64,000 bases of DNA from Burkholderiaceae bacterium (GTDB taxonomy: Bacteria; Pseudomonadota; Gammaproteobacteria; Burkholderiales; Burkholderiaceae_E). Position numbers and translations under genes: made by a program. The stretch lies in contig JBOEGY010000006.1 in NCBI GenBank assembly GCA_050633665.1, forward strand, positions 564,824-628,823. Direction: 5' to 3'. The notes under the pieces are model-generated. The model did no database searches and was not told the DNA's origin. It saw only the letters and a program-made list of their open reading frames with translations. This document shows, one piece after another, positions 31,458-40,939 of the stretch. Positions within the stretch are counted from its first letter, which is position 1, and each line of letters opens with the position of its first letter.

Positions 31458-31913
31458 ATGTTCGATATTGCTTTCACCGAGATGGTCATCATGGCCGTCA
31501 TTGCGCTGCTCGTGGTCGGGCCCGAGCGCCTGCCCAAACTTGCCCGTCAGGTGGGTCAATGGGCGGGCAAATTGCAGCGCTATGTCAATGATGTCAAATC
31601 CGATCTGAACAAGCAGATGGAGCTTGAAGAGCTGCGCAATATCAAATCTGAAGTCTCTGCGGCTGCCCGTGATCTGGAAGGGTCGTTCAAGGCCACGGTC
31701 AATGAAACCCAGAAGGATTTTGACGCGCTGTCCACGTCGCTGACCGGCGATGGCGATGAGTCCGAAGACCCGGTCGAGGCGGCCAACAAGGCTGCCGCGC
31801 AGACTGACTGGGACAAGGTTTATGAAAGTCGCCGCATGCGCGAGAAACTGCGCGACCGCCGCATTGAACGCGGGAAGGCGCTGGGCCAGAAGCGGCCAAG
31901 GCCGCGGTACTAA
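31458..31913 (+). CDS. tatB: Twin-arginine translocase subunit TatB
   Basis: 151 aa. MFDIAFTEMVIMAVIALLVVGPERLPKLARQVGQW. Confidence 0.85.
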   Translation: MFDIAFTEMVIMAVIALLVVGPERLPKLARQVGQWAGKLQRYVNDVKSDLNKQMELEELRNIKSEVSAAARDLEGSFKATVNETQKDFDALSTSLTGDGDESEDPVEAANKAAAQTDWDKVYESRRMREKLRDRRIERGKALGQKRPRPRY

Positions 31914-31977
31914 GTGAGATTGACCAACTTGAGCCATCGCTTGTTTTTTCGGACCCGTCCGGCCGTTGAGGTGACAG

Positions 31978-32775
31978 GTGGCTGACGAGCAACCGGAACA
32001 GGAAGAGAGTTTCGTCTCGCATCTGATCGAATTGCGCGACCGGATGATCAAGGCGCTGGTCGTGGTGCTCGCCTTGTTTTTTGTCTGTTTTTATTTCTCC
32101 GCTGATTTGATGCGGTTGTTGTCCCTGCCGCTCTACGAAGCGTTGCCCGAGGGGTCGCGGCCGATCTTCACCGATCAGGCTGGTGCGTTCTTCACGCTGA
32201 CCAAAGTCGCCTTCATGTCGGCGGTATTGATCTCAATGCCATGGATCCTCTATCAGGCGTGGGCTTTCGTGGCGCCGGGTTTGTATTCCCATGAGCGCAA
32301 GTTCGCTGTGCCGCTGATGGTCTCGAGCGTCTTTTTTCTGGTGCTGGGGATTTCATTCGCCTATACGTTTGTGCTACCGGCCGCCTACAAATTCTTTGTC
32401 CTGATGGCGACGCCGACCGGCGCCGATATCTTGCAGGATTTGCAAAAATACTGGGACTTCACGCTCGCCATCTTTTTCGGTTTCGGGTTGACGTTTGAGG
32501 TGCCGGTAGTACAAATGTTGCTAGTCAAGGCCGGCGTTGTTACCGCCTCCCAGTTGCGGGAAGCCCGTCGCTATGTGGTGGTCGGCGCCTTTGTACTGGC
32601 TGCTGTGCTGACGCCGCCCGATGTGTTGTCGCAGTTCATGCTCGCGATTCCGCTGATCCTGCTTTATGAACTCGGTATTTACCTGGCGCAGTTCATTAAG
32701 ACGCGCAGTCGCAATCCGGAAGCAGACGACGATCAAACGGAAGATCCGGCAACTGATACTGAAGAGACGGCTTGA
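31978..32775 (+). CDS. tatC: Twin-arginine translocase subunit TatC
   Basis: 265 aa with 6 TM segments. SFVSHLIELRDRMIK N-terminus and LTPPDVLSQ motif. GTG start. Confidence 0.9.
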   Translation: MADEQPEQEESFVSHLIELRDRMIKALVVVLALFFVCFYFSADLMRLLSLPLYEALPEGSRPIFTDQAGAFFTLTKVAFMSAVLISMPWILYQAWAFVAPGLYSHERKFAVPLMVSSVFFLVLGISFAYTFVLPAAYKFFVLMATPTGADILQDLQKYWDFTLAIFFGFGLTFEVPVVQMLLVKAGVVTASQLREARRYVVVGAFVLAAVLTPPDVLSQFMLAIPLILLYELGIYLAQFIKTRSRNPEADDDQTEDPATDTEETA

Positions 32776-32797
32776 TCTGAACGAGCCCGGAAGCTGG

Positions 32798-33976
32798 TCA
32801 GCGCTCCGGCTTTGGCCGTTTGCCAATCGTGATGACAACCTCTTGCGGTTTACCTTGGCGCAGCATGCCAAAAACCACCGCCGATGCTGGTGTCAGGCGC
32901 GAGACCAGGTTCAGCAAGGTAGAGGTGCTGGAGGCTGGCTGGCCTTGGACCGACAAGACGATATCGCCCACTTCGACCCCTGCGACATCGGCCGGGCCGC
33001 CTTCTACGATCCCGGCCACAAACGTACCGGCTTCCAGCGGCAGATCAAAAGCGCGGGCCAGCTCCGGCGTAATGTCTTGCGGTTCAACACCGATAAACCC
33101 TCTGACCACTGAGCCATGATCGCGTAACTGCTCGATCACATCCCGGGCCGTAGTGATCGGGATGGCAAAGCCAATTCCCAGCGAACCGCCGGTTCGTGAG
33201 TAGATTGCTGTGTTGATGCCGAGTAGCTCGCCATTGCTGTCAACCAGTGCGCCACCGGAATTACCCGGATTGATTGCCGCATCGGTCTGAATGAAATTCT
33301 CGAAGGTATTAATGCCCAGCGTATCGCGGCCCAGCGCACTGATAATGCCCATCGTGACCGTCTGGCCCACCCCAAACGGGTTGCCGATCGCGAGAACGGT
33401 GTCGCCCACCCGGGAATCATCTGTCTGCCGTAATTGAATTGCTGGCAGATTACCCTGGTCGGCCTGTAGTAGTGCAAGATCTGTTTCAGGGTCGGTGCCC
33501 AGTAGCCGCGCGCCGATCCGGCGCCCATCGGCGAGTAGCAATTCGAGGCGCTGGGCGGCATCGACAACATGGCTGTTGGTCAAAACCAATCCGCTGGCGT
33601 CAACAATAACGCCTGAGCCCAGGCTGCCAAGACTGCTTCCGTCGGGGGTGGGAATTTCCTCGTGTCCGGGAAATCCAGGCCTGGGCGGGGGTGGCCCGTC
33701 GGCATCTTCCGAGATGATATTAACGACTGCCGGGACTGCTTTGGCAGCCGCATCCGAGTACGAGGGGAGTTTCTGCACCCGGGCCGGCGGGCTGGCCGGG
33801 GCTGACGGCACCGCGGTCGGCGGCGACGGCTTGGCTGCGGGGCGGGAGCCCTGCAGCCATTCGGGCCGCATGACCGACAATGTGAATACTATTGCGAGGC
33901 AAACAGTAACTGTTTGCGCAAACACCAACCAGAGCCTTTCAGACATGGAGCCAGGCATTGAGCGCCCGTAAGCCAA
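32798..33976 (-). CDS. HtrA/DegP-family periplasmic serine endoprotease with one PDZ domain (DegS/AlgW-like)
   Basis: Catalytic motifs TNSHVV (His), TDLALL (Asp) and GNSGGAL (Ser), followed by a PDZ domain. N-terminal TM anchor. The start may be the Met at 33946. Confidence 0.85.
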   Translation of the reverse strand: MAYGRSMPGSMSERLWLVFAQTVTVCLAIVFTLSVMRPEWLQGSRPAAKPSPPTAVPSAPASPPARVQKLPSYSDAAAKAVPAVVNIISEDADGPPPPRPGFPGHEEIPTPDGSSLGSLGSGVIVDASGLVLTNSHVVDAAQRLELLLADGRRIGARLLGTDPETDLALLQADQGNLPAIQLRQTDDSRVGDTVLAIGNPFGVGQTVTMGIISALGRDTLGINTFENFIQTDAAINPGNSGGALVDSNGELLGINTAIYSRTGGSLGIGFAIPITTARDVIEQLRDHGSVVRGFIGVEPQDITPELARAFDLPLEAGTFVAGIVEGGPADVAGVEVGDIVLSVQGQPASSTSTLLNLVSRLTPASAVVFGMLRQGKPQEVVITIGKRPKPER

Positions 33977-34776
33977 AACACAAGGGTAACGCCATTAGGC
34001 CGGAGCAGACTGCAGCCGTTCCGCGCCAGACGTTACATGACTTTTTCTCCCGGACGCTGGAGCCGGCTCTTTTCAAAGACTATTGCCCGAACGGTCTCCA
34101 GGTTGAGGGGGCCGGGCAAGTCAGCATGCTGGTCACCGGGGTGACGGCCAGTCTGCGCTTCCTGGAGGCGGCCGAACAGGCCGGCGCCGACGCCGTGCTG
34201 GTCCATCACGGCTGGTTCTGGCGGGGCGAGGACGCCTGTCTGGTCGGGGCCAAAATGGCCCGTCTGAAAGTCATGATCCGGGCAGAGATGAGTCTGTTTG
34301 CCTATCATCTGCCGCTGGATGCCCACCCGGAACTTGGCAACAACGTACAACTGGCCAATCAGCTTGGCTGGTCGGTGGCCGGGCGGGCGGGGCGCGATGG
34401 TCTGGTTTTCTATACCGATCTGACCGATGCGATCAGTGCCCGCCAACTGACTCGCAAGCTGACGGGCCGCCTGGGACAGAAACCGCTGATTGTCGGAGAA
34501 CATGCCGGTCTGGAGTCGCCCGCCCTGAAGCGGATTGCCTGGTGCACCGGCGGTGCGCAGGATGCCATTGATACGGCGATCGAGCTTGGCGCCGATGCCT
34601 ATTTGAGCGGAGAGATTTCCGAGCGGACAACTCATATAGCCCGTGAAGCGGGGCTTTTGTATGTCTCAGCCGGGCATCATGCGACCGAGCGCTTCGGCGT
34701 CCAGGCGCTTGGCGAGCATGCCGCTCGGGCGTTGGGCGTGCAACACCGGTTCATTGATGACCCCAATCCGGTCTGA
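33958..34776 (+). CDS. Nif3-like dinuclear metal centre protein (YbgI family)
   Basis: DYCPNGLQVEG, VTGVTAS, ADAVLVHHG and GHHATERFG motifs. The only canonical start is TTG at 33958. Confidence 0.85.
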   Translation: MSARKPKHKGNAIRPEQTAAVPRQTLHDFFSRTLEPALFKDYCPNGLQVEGAGQVSMLVTGVTASLRFLEAAEQAGADAVLVHHGWFWRGEDACLVGAKMARLKVMIRAEMSLFAYHLPLDAHPELGNNVQLANQLGWSVAGRAGRDGLVFYTDLTDAISARQLTRKLTGRLGQKPLIVGEHAGLESPALKRIAWCTGGAQDAIDTAIELGADAYLSGEISERTTHIAREAGLLYVSAGHHATERFGVQALGEHAARALGVQHRFIDDPNPV

Positions 34777-34790
34777 AGCGGGCCTGCCAA

Positions 34791-34827
34791 CGACAAACGG
34801 CTGCCAGAAGGCAGCCGTTTGTCGTTT
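34791..34827. terminator. Bidirectional terminator hairpin between nif3-like and mscL (15-bp perfect stem, 4-nt loop)
   Basis: cgacaaacggctgcc-agaa-ggcagccgtttgtcg, followed by ttt. Read directly. It lies between convergent genes. Confidence 0.6.
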
Positions 34828-34849
34828 CGGCCCATCAAGACCCGGTAAA

Positions 34850-35272
34850 TCAGCTCTTCTTGAGCAGGTCGCGAATGTCACGCAACAAGACGGTATCTTC
34901 TGGCGGAGCGGACGGCGCAGCTTCTTCCTCTTTCTTGAAGCGGCTTACCATTTTTACCATTTGAAAAATAATAAACGCCAGAATGATGAAATTGATCAGG
35001 ACGGTAATGAAGTTACCGTAGGCGAGCATCGGCGCGCCGGCCTTGCTCAGGGCGGCATAGGTTTGAGCCACACCCTCGGGTGCTTTGCCAAGCAGTACAA
35101 AATAATTGGAGAAATCCAGTCCTCCGAAAATGGCGCCGACGACCGGCATGATTATGTCTTTGACCAGCGAATCGACTATTTTTCCAAAGGCCGCACCAAT
35201 AATCACGCCAACGGCGAGATCCATCACGTTGCCCTTGGCAATAAAATCTTTGAACTCCGACATCATGGACAT
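34850..35272 (-). CDS. mscL: Large-conductance mechanosensitive channel
   Basis: 140 aa. [43 protein letters not shown] is the canonical MscL N-terminus. Confidence 0.9.
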   Translation of the reverse strand: MSMMSEFKDFIAKGNVMDLAVGVIIGAAFGKIVDSLVKDIIMPVVGAIFGGLDFSNYFVLLGKAPEGVAQTYAALSKAGAPMLAYGNFITVLINFIILAFIIFQMVKMVSRFKKEEEAAPSAPPEDTVLLRDIRDLLKKS

Positions 35273-35545
35273 GCAATTTCTCCTTTTTATTTTCCAGAAA
35301 ACGGCCGTGACTGCCCAAGGTCAGCCAGCCGGGTTTGACGGGCGCGCCGGTTGCTGCGAGCCGTTCTCAGACGCCTGAGAGTCGCCGCGAAAATTAGCAC
35401 ATCGATGGCTCGATGAGTGTGTCAGGACGCGACATCTGTTGCTTGATGGGCAATCGCACGTTAATCCGCGTAATTGACGCACTGCAATGAGCTAGAATGT
35501 CGGGTTTGGTGGCGCCACAATTCATTGATGAGCATTGAATAACTC

Positions 35546-36205
35546 ATGTCTTCAGATACTACGAACAATCAAGCTGAACAGTACATCCCGCCGGAGCGCA
35601 GTTTCGAGCAGGGCTCTCTTGACAAAGACAAGCGCAATACCCTGGGCATGACGGCTGTTTTAGGCGCCGTTGGTGGTGCAGCGGTCGCCGTGCCTTTTGT
35701 CAGCACGTTTTCTCCGTCCGAGAAAGCCAAGGCGGCCGGTGCTCCGGTTGAGGTGGATGTTTCAGGTATTGCCCCCGGCGAGAAGAAAGTCGTCGAGTGG
35801 CGCGGCAACCCGGTCTGGATCCTGCACCGCACGCCTGAGATGATCGAGGCGGTCAAAACTCCTGACCCTCAACTGCTGGACCCCGATTCGACTGAGAGCT
35901 ATCAGCTCAAAGTGCCGGAGTACGTCAAGAATGAGACTCGCTCAATCAAGCCTGAGCTGCTGGTTGTTGTCGGAATTTGTTCGCATCTGGGGTGCTCTCC
36001 GTCAGATCGGCTGCAGGCCGGCGCTCAGCCGTCGCTGCCGACCGACTGGCCAGGCGGTTTCCTGTGTCCGTGTCATGGCTCAACCTTCGACCTGTCGGGT
36101 CGGGTGTTCCAGAACAAGCCGGCCAATAAGAATCTCGATGTGCCTCCGCACATGTACCTGTCCGACAGCACCTTGCTGATCGGCGAAGATCAAAGCGCGG
36201 CCTGA
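35546..36205 (+). CDS. petA: Ubiquinol-cytochrome c reductase Rieske iron-sulfur subunit
   Basis: 219 aa. Rieske boxes CSHLGCSP and CPCHGSTF. Confidence 0.9.
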   Translation: MSSDTTNNQAEQYIPPERSFEQGSLDKDKRNTLGMTAVLGAVGGAAVAVPFVSTFSPSEKAKAAGAPVEVDVSGIAPGEKKVVEWRGNPVWILHRTPEMIEAVKTPDPQLLDPDSTESYQLKVPEYVKNETRSIKPELLVVVGICSHLGCSPSDRLQAGAQPSLPTDWPGGFLCPCHGSTFDLSGRVFQNKPANKNLDVPPHMYLSDSTLLIGEDQSAA

Positions 36206-36250
36206 TCCGGTCTTACCAATAAAACAGCCAAGCGAATGGAGCACTAAGCC

Positions 36251-37645
36251 ATGGCGAGCGAAAAAGCGGTTGAAACCACCGGCCTGATGGGCTGGGTTGA
36301 TCGACGGTTCCCGGCCACCACTCTCTGGAAAGAACATCTTTCCGAGTACTACGCGCCCAAGAACTTTAATTTCTGGTATTTCTTCGGGTCTCTGGCAATG
36401 CTGGTGCTCGTTATCCAGATTGTCACCGGTATCTTTCTGGTCATGCATTACAAGCCGGACGCCGCCAAGGCGTTTGAGTCGGTCGAGTACATCATGCGGG
36501 ATGTGCCCTGGGGCTGGCTGGTTCGTTATATGCATTCCACCGGCGCGTCCGCGTTTTTTGTGGTGATCTACCTGCATATGTTCCGTGGGCTGATTTACGG
36601 TTCATACCGCAAGCCGCGCGAACTGGTCTGGGTGTTTGGCTGCATGATCTTCCTGTGCCTGATGGCCGAAGCCTTCTTTGGTTACCTGCTGCCGTGGGGC
36701 CAGATGTCCTACTGGGGCGCCCAGGTGATCGTCAACCTGTTCTCGGCAATTCCGTTCATCGGTCCCGACCTGTCATTGCTGATTCGCGGCGACTACGTGA
36801 TTTCCGACGCAACGCTGAACCGGTTCTTCTCGTTTCACGTGATTGCCATTCCCCTGGTGTTGCTGGGTCTGGTGGCCGCACACATTGTCGCTTTGCATGA
36901 GGTTGGCTCAAACAACCCCGATGGCATCGACATCAAGGAAAACAAGGACGAACAAGGCATTCCGCGCGACGGTATTCCATTCCATCCCTACTACTCGGTG
37001 CATGACATCGTTGGTGTGGCTGGTTTCTTGTTCATTTTCTCGGCGATTATCTTCTTCGCGCCGGAAATGGGCGGTTACTTCCTGGAATTCAATAACTTCA
37101 TCCCGGCCGATTCGCTCAAGACACCGGCGCATATCGCACCGGTCTGGTATTTCACCCCTTTCTATTCAATCCTGCGGGCGATTACCTCAGAATTCCTGTG
37201 GTGGATGGCGGCATTCCTCGGGGTCTGGTGGCTGCTGTTGATTGTTTCCAGAACCCACATGCTGAACAAGCTGATCGCGACTGTTGGCGTCGCCGGGTTT
37301 ATCGGCGCGTTTGCCTTCTTCCCTGAGCAGTTCAGTGCCAAGTTCTGGGGTGTGGCCATGATGGGCGCTTCGACGCTGATCTTCTTTGCCTTGCCCTGGA
37401 TTGACAACAGCCCGGTCCGGTCTATTCGCTACCGGCCTTCCTGGCACAAACTGATGTACGCCGCTTTCGTCGTTGCCTTTGCCATCCTCGGGTATCTTGG
37501 TGTTTTGCCTCCGTTCCCGACCGGCGAGCGACTATCGCAGTTTCTGACACTGGTTTACTTCGGCTTCTTTATGTTCATGCCTTGGTGGAGCAAGATGGGC
37601 GAGTCTAAGCCTGTGCCCAGCCGCGTGACCTTCCAGCCTCATTAA
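36251..37645 (+). CDS. petB: Cytochrome b
   Basis: 464 aa. NFNFWYFFGSLA, RYMHSTGASAFF and PEWYF-like APVWYFTPFYSILR motifs. Confidence 0.95.
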   Translation: MASEKAVETTGLMGWVDRRFPATTLWKEHLSEYYAPKNFNFWYFFGSLAMLVLVIQIVTGIFLVMHYKPDAAKAFESVEYIMRDVPWGWLVRYMHSTGASAFFVVIYLHMFRGLIYGSYRKPRELVWVFGCMIFLCLMAEAFFGYLLPWGQMSYWGAQVIVNLFSAIPFIGPDLSLLIRGDYVISDATLNRFFSFHVIAIPLVLLGLVAAHIVALHEVGSNNPDGIDIKENKDEQGIPRDGIPFHPYYSVHDIVGVAGFLFIFSAIIFFAPEMGGYFLEFNNFIPADSLKTPAHIAPVWYFTPFYSILRAITSEFLWWMAAFLGVWWLLLIVSRTHMLNKLIATVGVAGFIGAFAFFPEQFSAKFWGVAMMGASTLIFFALPWIDNSPVRSIRYRPSWHKLMYAAFVVAFAILGYLGVLPPFPTGERLSQFLTLVYFGFFMFMPWWSKMGESKPVPSRVTFQPH

Positions 37646-37658
37646 ATTCAGGGTTCTC

Positions 37659-38534
37659 ATGACATTCCGACTCACTCGCTTTGTTGCCGCTGCGGCCCTT
37701 GCTGCCGCTTCCCTCCTGACTGGCTCGCTGGCACAGGCTGCGGGCGGCGAATATCCGCTTGATCACTTCCCACAGGACAAGCTGAACAATCTGCCGTCGC
37801 TGCAGCGCGGTGCTCAGTTGTTCGTCAACTATTGTCTGGGTTGCCATAGTGCCAATTACATGCGCTATAACCGGCTCGCTGACATCGGTCTGACCGACGA
37901 CCTCATTAAAGAGAATCTCTTGTTCACCGGGACCAAAGTCGGCGATCAGATGAGGATCGCGATGAGCCCGAAGGATGCCAAAGAGTGGCTCGGCGCGGCC
38001 CCGCCGGACTTGTCGGTGATTGCGCGTGCCCGCTCGTCAGGCGCCGGTTCCGGATCAGACTGGTTGTACACTTTCCTGCGCTCTTACTACCGCGACGACT
38101 CCAAAGCGACAGGCTGGAACAATGCACTGTTCCCGAACGTCGGCATGCCGCATGTTTTGTGGACTCTGCAAGGGCAACGAGGCGCTGAAACCCTTGAGCC
38201 ATCGCATCATGGCGAGGGCCACGGTGACGGCCCGGCCGAAGCCATCAAAACCACTTACGACAACACCGGCGCGGCTTCCCAGGAAACCGTGACACCGGCT
38301 CCGGGCGTGATGTTGCATAAAAAGCAATTCACATTCGGTTCGCCTGTTCAGGGGTCAATGAATTCATTCGAGTACGACGAGGCGGTCGGAGATCTGGTTG
38401 CCTACCTGACCTATATGTCTGACCCGACAGCAAAAACCCGCAACCGCCTCGGCGTTTGGGTATTGCTGTTTATTAGCATATTCTTCGTGGTTGCCTGGAT
38501 GTTGAACAAAGCCTTCTGGAAAGACATCAAGTAG
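37659..38534 (+). CDS. petC: Cytochrome c1
   Basis: 291 aa. Signal peptide, haem motif CLGCHS, and a C-terminal TM anchor. Confidence 0.85.
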   Translation: MTFRLTRFVAAAALAAASLLTGSLAQAAGGEYPLDHFPQDKLNNLPSLQRGAQLFVNYCLGCHSANYMRYNRLADIGLTDDLIKENLLFTGTKVGDQMRIAMSPKDAKEWLGAAPPDLSVIARARSSGAGSGSDWLYTFLRSYYRDDSKATGWNNALFPNVGMPHVLWTLQGQRGAETLEPSHHGEGHGDGPAEAIKTTYDNTGAASQETVTPAPGVMLHKKQFTFGSPVQGSMNSFEYDEAVGDLVAYLTYMSDPTAKTRNRLGVWVLLFISIFFVVAWMLNKAFWKDIK

Positions 38535-38617
38535 CGGTTATTTCCAGCAGTTGTCGAGCCAGAAGCCAGGCGCTTGTTTGCCCGGTGTCAGTTTCGACAT
38601 CTTTAACAGCATTTCTA

Positions 38618-38655
38618 ACCCGGATGCACTCTTTTGGGGTGCCTCCGGGTTTGTT
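38618..38655 (+). terminator. Rho-independent terminator downstream of petC
   Basis: acccgga(t)gcac-loop-gtgc(c)tccgggt, followed by ttgtt. 11 bp paired with one mismatch. Read directly. Confidence 0.55.
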
Positions 38656-38722
38656 CCATCTTGAACTAGCTGTCCCCACGCGCCGGTCTTGCCGACGCGT
38701 CATTAATTAGGAGTTTCCCGAT

Positions 38723-39337
38723 ATGATGGTCCTGTACTCAGGAACCACCTGCCCGTTTAGCCAACGCTGCCGGTTTGTATTGTTCGAGAAGGGCATGGAT
38801 TTCGAGATTCGCGATGTCGATCTCTATAACAAGCCCGAAGACATTTCGATCATGAACCCGTATGCACAAGTGCCGGTGCTGGTTGAACGTGACTTGATTC
38901 TGTATGAGTCAAATATCATCAATGAATACATCGACGAGCGCTTCCCGCACCCGCAACTGATGCCTGCTGACCCGGTCATGCGTGCGCGTGCCCGTTTGTT
39001 CCTGTTTAACTTTGAGCGCGAATTGTTCATTCATGTTCAGACGCTGGAGCGGCGGGATCATCCGTCCAATGACACCAAGGTGTTGGAAGAAGCCCGTTCG
39101 CAGATTCGTGACCGGCTGACCCAGCTCACGCCGATATTCGTCAAGAACAAATTCATGCTTGGCGAGGAATTCTCGATGCTTGACGTAGCCATTGCTCCCT
39201 TGTTGTGGCGCCTCGATCACTACGGTATCGAGATGCCCAAGTCGGCCGCCCCGTTGCTGCGATACTCCGAGCGCATGTTCTCGCGTCCGGCCTACATCGA
39301 AGCTCTGACGCCGTCTGAAAAGGTAATGCGCCGCTAA
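38723..39337 (+). CDS. sspA: Stringent starvation protein A (GST-like)
   Basis: 204 aa. MVLYSGTTCPFSQRCRFVLFEKGMDFEI...PYAQVPVLVERDLILYESNIINEYIDERFPHPQLMP. Confidence 0.9.
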   Translation: MMVLYSGTTCPFSQRCRFVLFEKGMDFEIRDVDLYNKPEDISIMNPYAQVPVLVERDLILYESNIINEYIDERFPHPQLMPADPVMRARARLFLFNFERELFIHVQTLERRDHPSNDTKVLEEARSQIRDRLTQLTPIFVKNKFMLGEEFSMLDVAIAPLLWRLDHYGIEMPKSAAPLLRYSERMFSRPAYIEALTPSEKVMRR

Positions 39338-39342
39338 GACCT

Positions 39343-39972
39343 ATGGCAGAGATTTCTACCAAGCCCTATATGCTGCGCGCCATTCATGAATGGTGCACTG
39401 ATAGTGGATTTACCCCGTACATCGCCGTCACGGTTGATGACCGGACCCTGGTCCCTCCTGACTTCGTACGGGCTGGTGAAATTGTTCTGAATGTCTCAAG
39501 CTCGGCGACCAACCGGCTCGAAATCAGCAACGACTTGATTCAGTTTCAGGCCCGTTTCAACGGGCAGGCACAGGATTTGTCGATACCGGTTGAGAATGTC
39601 TCGGCAATCTATGCGCGTGAAAACGGCCACGGAATGGCATTTGACGTGCCTAAGGCGATGGCGCTCGTGGCGGATCAGGAAGAGCAGGGCGATGCCTCCA
39701 TGGTGCGCCTGGTGACCCCCGAAGTAGCCGATGATCCGGTTGATGATCTGCCCGGAGACGACGATCAGGCGCCGGCACCGGCGCCGCGTCCGCGCCCGAT
39801 GCTGACCGCTGTGCCCGATCCGGTTTCCTCAGTGGATTCAGGGTCTGATTCAAACGACGGTTCCGACGATGAACCCGATCCCAATGGTGACGGCACGCCC
39901 GGTTCAGCGGATAATAACGCCGGCGCGGCGCGTAAGCCACGCGGCAAGCCCAAGCTCACGAGAGTCAAGTAG
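39343..39972 (+). CDS. sspB: ClpXP adaptor SspB
   Basis: 209 aa. SspB N-domain (KPYMLRAIHEWCTDSGFTPYI), a long acidic/Pro-rich linker, and a basic C-terminal tail KPKLTRVK resembling a ClpX-binding tail. Confidence 0.85.
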   Translation: MAEISTKPYMLRAIHEWCTDSGFTPYIAVTVDDRTLVPPDFVRAGEIVLNVSSSATNRLEISNDLIQFQARFNGQAQDLSIPVENVSAIYARENGHGMAFDVPKAMALVADQEEQGDASMVRLVTPEVADDPVDDLPGDDDQAPAPAPRPRPMLTAVPDPVSSVDSGSDSNDGSDDEPDPNGDGTPGSADNNAGAARKPRGKPKLTRVK

Positions 39973-40028
39973 TAAAGAATTACCGGTACAAGATACGCCG
40001 GTAAAAGAAGCACAGTTAACAGGTAATA

Positions 40029-40104
40029 GCCGGCTTAGCTCAGTTGGTAGAGCAACCGCCTTGTAAGCGGTAGGTCGAGAGTTCGAGTCCCTCAGTCGGC
40101 ACCA
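40029..40104 (+). tRNA. tRNA-Thr (anticodon TGT), encoded CCA
   Basis: Folded by hand into a cloverleaf: acceptor GCCGGCT/AGTCGGC, D-arm GCTC-AGTTGGTA-GAGC, anticodon arm ACCGC-CTTGTAA-GCGGT, variable AGGTC, T-arm GAGAG-TTCGAGT-CCCTC, then ACCA. There is one A:C mismatch in the T-stem. Confidence 0.9.
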
Positions 40105-40161
40105 TTCCCGCAGCTTCGCAGCAGTTCACGCTCACAACCCATCTAATCGCTGTCCCGCCTC

Positions 40162-40929
40162 TCAGCTTCCTATGAAGCGTGGGGTGCGTTTTTCTACCCA
40201 TGCTGCCTGCCCCTCTTTCAAATCATCCGATTGCAGCGCGCGGGTGATATCGGCGTGGAGGGCGTTGGGGTCCAGACTGCCCCGGGCAATCGCGTTCAGG
40301 TGTTTTTTCATGCCGAGCAGGGCGATCGGCGCCATTGCGGCGCAGGCATCGGCGATTCGCGTAACTTCAGTGTGCAGTTGGTCGGCCTCAATGAGTTGCG
40401 TGAGATAGCCGATCGCTTTCATTTGCTCCGCGTCGATTTTCTCGGCTGTCAGGAAAAGTCGCTTGGTATTGTCGAGTCCGATTCGACTGACATAGCGCTC
40501 AAGCCCGCTCTGGTAGTAGTGCAGGCCGAGCCGGGCAGCGGGCATAAACATCTGGATGCCGCGGACACCGACCCTGAAGTCGCAGGCGAGCGCAAGGTCG
40601 GTTGCTCCACCATAGACGCCGCCGTGCAAGACCGCGATGGTGATTGGCCGGGCTTGCTCGACAGCGGTCACGACTTCCTCAAAATTCACCGAGCGTGTGC
40701 TCGTGCCAATCTGGGTGATGTTGTAACCGCTGCAGAAATACTTGCCGGTGCCGCACAGTTTCAGCACGAGCACTTCAGGTCGTTGATTGACGGCAGCGAT
40801 ATGGTCGGCGATTGCGGCGAGATCGTCCGGCCCGAGGCGGTTGGCCTGATCGGGGCGGCGCAAGGTGATGGTGGCGATCGCGCCGTTAAGCGTTAGTTCG
40901 GGGCTTTGCCCTTCAGTCTTGGTATTCAA
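40162..40929 (-). CDS. Enoyl-CoA hydratase/isomerase (crotonase) family protein
   Basis: 255 aa. Crotonase-fold motifs (KYFCSGYNI, ITIAVLHGGVYGGATDLALACDFRV). Confidence 0.85.
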   Translation of the reverse strand: MNTKTEGQSPELTLNGAIATITLRRPDQANRLGPDDLAAIADHIAAVNQRPEVLVLKLCGTGKYFCSGYNITQIGTSTRSVNFEEVVTAVEQARPITIAVLHGGVYGGATDLALACDFRVGVRGIQMFMPAARLGLHYYQSGLERYVSRIGLDNTKRLFLTAEKIDAEQMKAIGYLTQLIEADQLHTEVTRIADACAAMAPIALLGMKKHLNAIARGSLDPNALHADITRALQSDDLKEGQAAWVEKRTPRFIGS

Positions 40930-40939
40930 TGTCAGGTAC

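Noticed and set aside
33946-33976. Apparent divergent overlap of the degP-like and nif3-like gene starts
   Set aside because: It probably results from start-codon choice. If the protease starts at the Met at 33946, the overlap disappears. It is not evidence of anything unusual.
34033-35338. ORFs 34033-34635 (minus, 200 aa) and 34643-35338 (plus, 231 aa)
   Set aside because: They are antisense to the nif3-like gene and mscL respectively, both of which have canonical family motifs. The shadow frames are low-complexity.
35484-35494. The 11-mer GCAATGAGCTA is shared between the petA upstream region and the GntR upstream repeat (48786-48796)
   Set aside because: Many chance 11-mer matches are expected among all position pairs in 64 kb on both strands. 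The contexts are unrelated.
35474-35498. TTGACG ... TAGAAT as a sigma-70 promoter for petABC
   Set aside because: The hexamers are only 13 nt apart, far from the 16-18 nt optimum. TAGAAT may still be a -10 box, but I cannot support a full promoter call.
40231-40896. 221-aa plus-strand ORF opposite the first crotonase gene
   Set aside because: It is an antisense shadow ORF. The crotonase motifs are on the minus strand.
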